NCBI GenBank assembly: GCA_050309775.1
Contig: JBNRMV010000010.1
Span: 23,193 to 87,192 of the forward strand
DNA: 64,000 nucleotides
Source: Christensenellales bacterium
Lineage (GTDB): Bacteria > Bacillota > Clostridia > Christensenellales > DTU072
Direction: 5' to 3'
This document shows, in pieces, positions 58,563-64,000 of this stretch (the first letter of the stretch is position 1; every line of letters begins with the position of its first letter). The notes beneath the pieces were generated by a model, which was not told the origin of the DNA, did no database searches, and saw only the letters and a program-made list of their open reading frames with translations. The translations under genes were made by a program, and so were the position numbers.

Positions 58563-59305
58563 TTACTATCAAAAATGCCCAACAAATAGCAGCTATGCGC
58601 AAGGCGGGGCAAATCGTACGCGATGTACTCAGCATTGTAGAGGAGCATGCTAAGGAGGGCGTAAACACCAAGTATCTGGACACGATTGCATACGAATACA
58701 TTAAGAAACAAAATGCCCACCCCTCGTTTTTGGGTTTCGGGGACTTCCCCGGCTCAATATGTACATCAATAGACAGCGAAGTGGTGCACGGTGTACCCTC
58801 AAAAAAACGAATACTCGAAGAAGGTCAGCTGCTCAAGATTGACGCCGGAGCGCAGTATAACGGTTATCACGCCGACGCCGCGCGAACAATTGCCATAGGC
58901 AATGTAGGAGAAAAGAAAAGCAAGCTGATGGAGGTTTGCAAACAGAGCTTCTTTGAAGGCATAAAAGTCCTCAAAGACGGAGCCAGACTAGGCGACCTTG
59001 GCTATGAGATACAGAAGTATGTGGAGTCGCACGGCTTCAGCGTAGTTCGGGAACTCATAGGGCATGGAGTAGGCAGCCAGCTGCACGAAGAGCCGAATGT
59101 GCCGAATTATGGCATAAAAGGCAGAGGCACAAGGCTGTATACGAATATGACGATAGCCATAGAACCAATGATAAATCTCGGAGGCAAAGAGGTGATATTC
59201 AGCCAACAAAATTTCGCTGTGGTCACCGCCGACGGCTCGCCGTCAGCGCATTACGAGAATACGGTTGTCATACTCCCCGACGGAGTAGAGATACTTACAT
59301 TGTAG
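58559..59305 (+). CDS. map: type I methionine aminopeptidase
   Basis: Conserved MAP sequence and operon position. Confidence 0.96.
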   Translation: MITIKNAQQIAAMRKAGQIVRDVLSIVEEHAKEGVNTKYLDTIAYEYIKKQNAHPSFLGFGDFPGSICTSIDSEVVHGVPSKKRILEEGQLLKIDAGAQYNGYHADAARTIAIGNVGEKKSKLMEVCKQSFFEGIKVLKDGARLGDLGYEIQKYVESHGFSVVRELIGHGVGSQLHEEPNVPNYGIKGRGTRLYTNMTIAIEPMINLGGKEVIFSQQNFAVVTADGSPSAHYENTVVILPDGVEILTL

Positions 59306-59309
59306 AGAG

Positions 59310-59585
59310 GTGAATGTGGAAAAATCCATACAAATCGGCTCAATAGTATTTTCCAAAGCGGGCAGGGACGCAGGCAGGTTTTTTATAGTAACGGAAGTCG
59401 TCGACGAAAACTTTGTAAAATTGGCAGACGGCAAGCTGCGCAAACTGGAAAAGCCGAAAATGAAAAAAATTAAACATCTTAAGGCAACGGGCGACATAAG
59501 CGAAAAGATAAGAGAAAAGCTGCTTGAAGGCAAAGTGATATACGATGCCGAAATAAACAGCATAATAAGGAAATATAACGCATAA
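59310..59585 (+). CDS. KOW-domain RNA-binding protein (L14e-like) found between map and infA in Clostridia
   Basis: IGSIVFSKAGRDAGRFFIV KOW-like motif. GTG start at 59310 or 59316 (uncertain). Confidence 0.75.
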   Translation: MNVEKSIQIGSIVFSKAGRDAGRFFIVTEVVDENFVKLADGKLRKLEKPKMKKIKHLKATGDISEKIREKLLEGKVIYDAEINSIIRKYNA

Positions 59586-59599
59586 TTGGAGGATTGAAG

Positions 59600-59824
59600 G
59601 TGTCAAGAGATGATATTATCGAAGCAGAAGGAACAGTAACGGAGATATTGCCGGGAACCAATTTCCGTGTGACATTGACAAACGGGCATGTTATCACCGC
59701 TTACCTTTGCGGAAAAATGAGACAGCATACCGTAAGAGTATGTGTTGGTGACAGAGTAAAAATAGCGATGAGTCCTTATGACATCACCAAAGGCAGAATC
59801 ACTTATCGCAACAAAAACAATTAG
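59600..59824 (+). CDS. infA: translation initiation factor IF-1
   Basis: Conserved IF-1 sequence (IEAEGTVTEILPGTNFRV). GTG 59600 has proper spacing from the GGAGG RBS; the ORF-track TTG 59594 does not. Confidence 0.93.
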   Translation: MSRDDIIEAEGTVTEILPGTNFRVTLTNGHVITAYLCGKMRQHTVRVCVGDRVKIAMSPYDITKGRITYRNKNN

Positions 59825-59847
59825 CATAACAACAGGAGGATATCAAG

Positions 59848-59964
59848 ATGAAAGTCAAGCCGTCAGTAAAGCCTATGTGCGATAAGTGCAAGGTCATAAA
59901 AAGAGAAGGAAAAGTAATGATAATATGCAGCAAATATCCCAAGCACAAGCAAAAACAGGGATAA
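59848..59964 (+). CDS. rpmJ: 50S ribosomal protein L36 (zinc form)
   Basis: Not in the ORF track (38 aa): [47 protein letters not shown]. Confidence 0.95.
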   Translation: MKVKPSVKPMCDKCKVIKREGKVMIICSKYPKHKQKQG

Positions 59965-59979
59965 ACAAAACAAAAATGA

Positions 59980-60008
59980 TTGCTAACCTTTGTTTTATTT
60001 TGTATAAT
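59980..60008 (+). promoter_or_regulatory. putative internal promoter for the alpha operon, embedded in an 11-bp-stem hairpin
   Basis: TTGCTA (59980-59985), 17-nt spacer, TATAAT (60003-60008). Hairpin arms at 59983-59993 and 60009-60019. Confidence 0.5.
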
Positions 60009-60153
60009 ACAAAGGTTAGTCCACAAGAATAAGGTATTCTTGCGGCGCATAAATGTGAGTTCAGTCCGAGGGCGGCTGAATTGTCGGAAAGACGATTTTC
60101 CTCGGTGATTTATATAGATAAAAACAAAAACAGAAAAAGATGGAGGTTAGTTA

Positions 60154-60528
60154 ATGGCTCGTATAGCAGGTGTAGATTTACCCCGTGAAAAGAGAGTAGA
60201 AATAGGTCTTACCTATATATATGGTATCGGCCGCACGACTTCAAACAAAATTTTGCAGTCTGCTGAAATAGACCCCGACACCAGAGTAAAGGACTTGACA
60301 GAAGACCAAGTAGCCAAGATTCGTGAGTATATCGAAAAGAATATACATGTTGAAGGCGACAGGAAAAGAGAAGTAATGATGGACATTAAGCGCCTTATGG
60401 AAATAGGCTGCTACCGCGGTGTGCGCCACAGAAAAGGTTTGCCGGTGAGAGGACAAAGCACCAAGCAGAATGCCCGCACCAGAAAGGGACCAAAGCGTAC
60501 CGTCGGCCGTAGCAAAGCCAAATCCTAG
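60154..60528 (+). CDS. rpsM: 30S ribosomal protein S13
   Basis: [14 protein letters not shown] start. Confidence 0.97.
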   Translation: MARIAGVDLPREKRVEIGLTYIYGIGRTTSNKILQSAEIDPDTRVKDLTEDQVAKIREYIEKNIHVEGDRKREVMMDIKRLMEIGCYRGVRHRKGLPVRGQSTKQNARTRKGPKRTVGRSKAKS

Positions 60529-60541
60529 GAGGTAAACAAAA

Positions 60542-60934
60542 ATGGCAGTAAGAAAATCCACGATAAAAAAGAGAAAGGACCTCAAGCGTATTGACAGAGG
60601 ACAGGTGCATGTTCATACCACCCACAACAATACGATAGTAACCGTCACAGACCTGAACGGCAACACCATAAGCTGGGCGTCGTCGGGTATGCTCGGACTG
60701 AAAGGCGCCAGAAAAGAGACGGCATTTGCCGCCACTCAGGTTACCGAAAGAGCAGTCAATGAAGCCAAGATGCACGGTTTGAGAAAAGTAGAAATTTATA
60801 TCAAAGGCACAGGACAAGGCAGAGAGCCGTCAATCCGTGCCGTACAGGCAGCTGATGTTGATATTACACTAATCAAGGATGTGTCGCCCATTCCGCACAA
60901 TGGTTGCCGTCCGCCAAAACGCAGAAGGCTGTAA
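60542..60934 (+). CDS. rpsK: 30S ribosomal protein S11
   Basis: Conserved uS11 sequence. Confidence 0.97.
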   Translation: MAVRKSTIKKRKDLKRIDRGQVHVHTTHNNTIVTVTDLNGNTISWASSGMLGLKGARKETAFAATQVTERAVNEAKMHGLRKVEIYIKGTGQGREPSIRAVQAADVDITLIKDVSPIPHNGCRPPKRRRL

Positions 60935-60952
60935 TCAGGAGGGAACGAAACA

Positions 60953-61576
60953 ATGGCAAAATATACAGGAGCAGATTGCCGTCTTTGCAGAAGAGAAGGC
61001 GAAAAACTATTTTTGAAGGGAGACAGATGCTTTTCCGGCAAGTGCGCTATATTGAAGCGCCAATACGCCCCCGGCGTACACGGACAAAGAAGAAAGAAGC
61101 CTACGCCTTATAGCATCCAGCTCAGAGAAAAGCAAAAAACAAAGAGAATTTACGGCTTGATGGAAAAACAATTCCACAAGTATTATGAAATGGCAGAAAA
61201 AATGAGAGGCATCACAGGCGAGAACATGCTTGTACTGCTTGAAAGAAGACTTGACAATGTCGTATACAGAATGGGCATCGGCGTATCCAGAGCCCAAGCA
61301 AGACAAATAGTCAACCATGGCCATATCACCGTAAACGGAAAGAGAGTCAACATTCCTTCGTATTTAGTCAAAGTAGGGGACGAAATCGCAGTAAAGGAAA
61401 ACAAGAGAGAAAAGGCGTTCTTTGTGGAGCTGAAAGATTCAAGTTTCAAAAACTCATTGAAATGGCTTGAATTTGACCCCAAGACGCTCAAAGGTTCAAT
61501 AATTACTTTACCGAGTCGTGAAGATATTGATATGAATATAGCTGAACACATGATTGTTGAGTTGTACTCTAAGTAA
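60953..61576 (+). CDS. rpsD: 30S ribosomal protein S4 (zinc-ribbon form)
   Basis: [16 protein letters not shown]...CFSGKC, conserved uS4. Confidence 0.97.
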   Translation: MAKYTGADCRLCRREGEKLFLKGDRCFSGKCAILKRQYAPGVHGQRRKKPTPYSIQLREKQKTKRIYGLMEKQFHKYYEMAEKMRGITGENMLVLLERRLDNVVYRMGIGVSRAQARQIVNHGHITVNGKRVNIPSYLVKVGDEIAVKENKREKAFFVELKDSSFKNSLKWLEFDPKTLKGSIITLPSREDIDMNIAEHMIVELYSK

Positions 61577-61604
61577 TATTACCCCAATAAGGAGGATTAC
61601 CACC

Positions 61605-62558
61605 ATGATGGAAATAGTAAAACCAAAAATAACCGAAATCGAAAGCGCCGACCAGACTGAAGCCAGTTTTGTTGTTGAGCCGCTTGAAAGAGGTTATGGA
61701 ATAACAATAGGAAACTGCCTCCGTAGAATACTCTGCACGGCACTTCCCGGCGCCGCCATTATTGGCGTGCAAATCGAAGGAATAAGCCACGAGTTTTCTA
61801 CCATACCCGGAGTAAGAGAGGATGTAGCCGAAATAGTGCTCAACCTCAAAGGCATTTTCGTAAAGGTATACTCCAGCGACCCCGGATACACACATGTGGT
61901 CAAATTGCGCGCAAACAAGGGCGGCGAAATCAGAGCCAAGGATATCGATATTCCCAGCGATATAGAAATCAAAAACCCGGAGGCATATATTTGCACACTC
62001 GAAGACGGCTATGAACTTAATATGGACTTGACAATAGGTGTAGGCAGAGGTTATGTCTCCGCAAACTACAACAAGCCCGCAAAGGCGCCTATCGGATATA
62101 TTCCCATAGATTCGCTGTTTTCACCAATCGTATCCGCCAGCTATTCCGTAGAAGCCACCCGTGTGGAACAGTCGATTGACTATGACAAATTGACAATGCA
62201 GGTTAAGACCAACGGCACGACATCACCGAGAGAAGGCATCAGCCTTGCCGCAAAGGTTATGAGCGACCATCTGAAACTGTTTATCAACCTTGTTGACGAC
62301 ATGAGTTCGCTTGAAATCCTCGTAAATCCCGACGAAGGCACCGGACCCAAGGTACTGTCGATGAGCATTGAGGAGTTGGATTTATCGGTTCGCCCGCTGA
62401 ACTGCTTGAAGCGCGCCGGCATATTCACCGTCGAAGACCTTGTGAAGAGAACAGAAGAAGATATGCTGAAGGTTCGCAATCTCGGACGCAAATCGCTTGA
62501 AGAAGTTATCAGCAAGCTGGACGCATTGGGATTGGGGCTGCTAAATAAAGACGAGTAA
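61605..62558 (+). CDS. rpoA: DNA-directed RNA polymerase subunit alpha
   Basis: Conserved RpoA sequence. The start at MMEIVKPK has an AAGGAGG RBS; the ORF-track start 61554 overlaps rpsD. Confidence 0.96.
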   Translation: MMEIVKPKITEIESADQTEASFVVEPLERGYGITIGNCLRRILCTALPGAAIIGVQIEGISHEFSTIPGVREDVAEIVLNLKGIFVKVYSSDPGYTHVVKLRANKGGEIRAKDIDIPSDIEIKNPEAYICTLEDGYELNMDLTIGVGRGYVSANYNKPAKAPIGYIPIDSLFSPIVSASYSVEATRVEQSIDYDKLTMQVKTNGTTSPREGISLAAKVMSDHLKLFINLVDDMSSLEILVNPDEGTGPKVLSMSIEELDLSVRPLNCLKRAGIFTVEDLVKRTEEDMLKVRNLGRKSLEEVISKLDALGLGLLNKDE

Positions 62559-62572
62559 GGAGAAAAGGCAAT

Positions 62573-63085
62573 ATGGCAAAACACAACAAATTAGGCAGAA
62601 GAACCGACCAGAGGGTACAACTGGTATATAGTCAGGCATCCCAATTGCTTTGGCATGGCAAAATAGAAACTACACTAGCCAGAGCCAAGGCAGTACGCAA
62701 GGTTGCCGAAAAAATGATAACTCTTGCAATCAGGTCATATAAGGACACCGTCACTGTGACAAAAATGCAAAAGAACCAAAAAGACGAGCTTATTCCCGTC
62801 GAATACACCAACGACGGACCCAAGAAGCTGGCAGCGCGCAGAAGAATGCTTGCAGACCTTGCAGACATAAAGGAAGTAAAGGCCGAAAAGGAATCAAACC
62901 AGAGCTTCCGCGAGAGAACCAAGGACATTAAGTATCCCCTTGTTGAGAAGATATTTGGCGAGTACGCTCCCAAATACGAAAAAAGAGCAGAGGAACTTGG
63001 TCAAGGCGGCGGTTATACCAGAATAATAAAACTGGGCAACAGACGCGGAGACGACGCAATAAAGTGCATTCTTGAATTAGTTTAA
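62573..63085 (+). CDS. rplQ: 50S ribosomal protein L17 with ~50-aa internal insertion
   Basis: bL17 N-terminus (KLGRRTDQR) and C-terminus (GGYTRIIKLGNRRGDDA). Confidence 0.93.
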   Translation: MAKHNKLGRRTDQRVQLVYSQASQLLWHGKIETTLARAKAVRKVAEKMITLAIRSYKDTVTVTKMQKNQKDELIPVEYTNDGPKKLAARRRMLADLADIKEVKAEKESNQSFRERTKDIKYPLVEKIFGEYAPKYEKRAEELGQGGGYTRIIKLGNRRGDDAIKCILELV

Positions 63086-63086
63086 C

Positions 63087-63116
63087 AAAAAGACGCTCGT
63101 AAGAGCGTTTTTTTTA
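63087..63116 (+). terminator. rho-independent terminator of the ribosomal cluster
   Basis: ACGCTC-GTAA-GAGCGT hairpin flanked by an A-run and followed by 7-8 T. Confidence 0.8.
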
Positions 63117-63202
63117 TAATGATGAAATGGTATAATGCTGCACTTCAAATGAGATGTATGTCATACCGATACAATGCCGAAATTTTATGGTATAATATTC
63201 AT

Positions 63203-63889
63203 ATGATTCGACAAAAAATTGTTACTGTCGGCGGTATTGAATTGACCTTGGTTTTCAAGAGGGTCAAGCATCTTCGCATTACCGTAAAGGCTGGGAGCGC
63301 CATAGTATCTATACCGCAATTCATGCCGCAGCAGCAGGCGCAGGCTTTTATTCTGCAAAAGCTGGACTGGATAAAAAAGCACCTTGAACGCAGCGCACCG
63401 CCACAAGAAGAAAAACTGGCTGACGGCGATATTGTGCCGCTGTGGGGCAGAGAGTATGTGCTGAGAACTTCAATTGGCGGCAACAAATGCTCATTTGATG
63501 AAAACTATATTTATTTGCAAACGCAAGACGGCAGCTTGGAAACAAGAAGGAAGTTGCTGAATGCGCTTTACCGCAAAGAACTGTTATGCAAAGGCAAGGA
63601 GTTTTTGCAACACTGGCAGAGCGTTACGGGACTGAAAAGTAATGAACTGCGCGTACGCGATATGCGCACCCGTTGGGGCAGCTGCAACATAAAGGCAAAA
63701 AGGCTGTGGCTCAGCCTTAGGCTGGCAAGATTTGAGGAAAGATGCGCAAGCTATGTAATATTGCATGAACTGCTGCATCTTGCGGAAAAAGGGCACAACA
63801 AAAGGTTTTATCAGCTGCTTTCACACTACCTTTGCGACTGGAAGACAGCCAAAAAGCTGTTGAATGGCAAGGCTGTTGAGATAAGTTGA
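63203..63889 (+). CDS. M48/YgjP-like (DUF45) zinc metallopeptidase
   Basis: HELLHL (HExxH). The start is set at MIRQKIV because TGgTATAAT (63188-63196) lies just upstream. Confidence 0.75.
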   Translation: MIRQKIVTVGGIELTLVFKRVKHLRITVKAGSAIVSIPQFMPQQQAQAFILQKLDWIKKHLERSAPPQEEKLADGDIVPLWGREYVLRTSIGGNKCSFDENYIYLQTQDGSLETRRKLLNALYRKELLCKGKEFLQHWQSVTGLKSNELRVRDMRTRWGSCNIKAKRLWLSLRLARFEERCASYVILHELLHLAEKGHNKRFYQLLSHYLCDWKTAKKLLNGKAVEIS

Positions 63890-63944
63890 CATACCATATT
63901 ATTTATGATATTATAGCAAAAAATAGCGAGAAAATTGGTGAAAT

Positions 63945-64000
63945 ATGATACTCTTAATGGACGCGGGCAACACAAATATAAAGATTGGGCTGGACAACGG
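63945..64000 (+). CDS. coaX: type III pantothenate kinase, 5' fragment (runs off the window)
   Basis: MILLMDAGNTNIKIGLDN matches the CoaX N-terminal DxGNT motif. GGTGA RBS. Confidence 0.7.
   Translation, partial: MILLMDAGNTNIKIGLDN

Overview
Chromosomal segment of a moderate-GC Bacillota (Clostridia-like) genome; gene content and the presence of glgD point that way. No rRNA, CRISPR array, transposase or integrase is visible. From 1 to 29 kb the window holds an orphan hyper-acidic protein, a MacB/FtsX-type ABC pair with an M23 peptidase, a type-B carboxylesterase, an MBL-fold hydrolase and an aquaporin. It continues with a Dabb-copA-copZ copper operon, a minus-strand ispE-glgB-glgC-glgD-glgA-glgP-GH13 glycogen cluster, divergent galT/galK, lgt and pncB. 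The 29-46.3 kb stretch looks accessory. (i) Two convergent tRNA-Ser genes (UGA, CGA) are each followed by the same 196-bp element and by a duplicated copy of their own 3' end; together these form a near-perfect inverted repeat around a two-gene cassette. (ii) There are two tandem PDZ-less trypsin-like proteases, one a lipoprotein with five tail-fibre/collagen-like repeats. (iii) There is an orphan 91-aa protein with 16 Cys and a Pro-rich tract. (iv) An AT-rich minus-strand operon is driven by a perfect consensus sigma-A promoter. It encodes a small secreted His-rich protein whose signal peptide is frame-broken at a T6 run, a 69-aa Thr/Ser-rich ORF, four tandem FtsX-like paralogues and one ABC ATPase. 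This operon is my best candidate for an undescribed secreted-peptide plus immunity/export system. From 47 to 63 kb lies the complete S10-spc-alpha ribosomal cluster (rpsJ to rplQ, with secY, adk, map, infA, rpmJ and rpoA). Several of its r-proteins are unusually extended or carry insertions (L24, S8, L17, L22, L29). All calls rest on reading the translated ORFs and the DNA by eye; no database searches were run.
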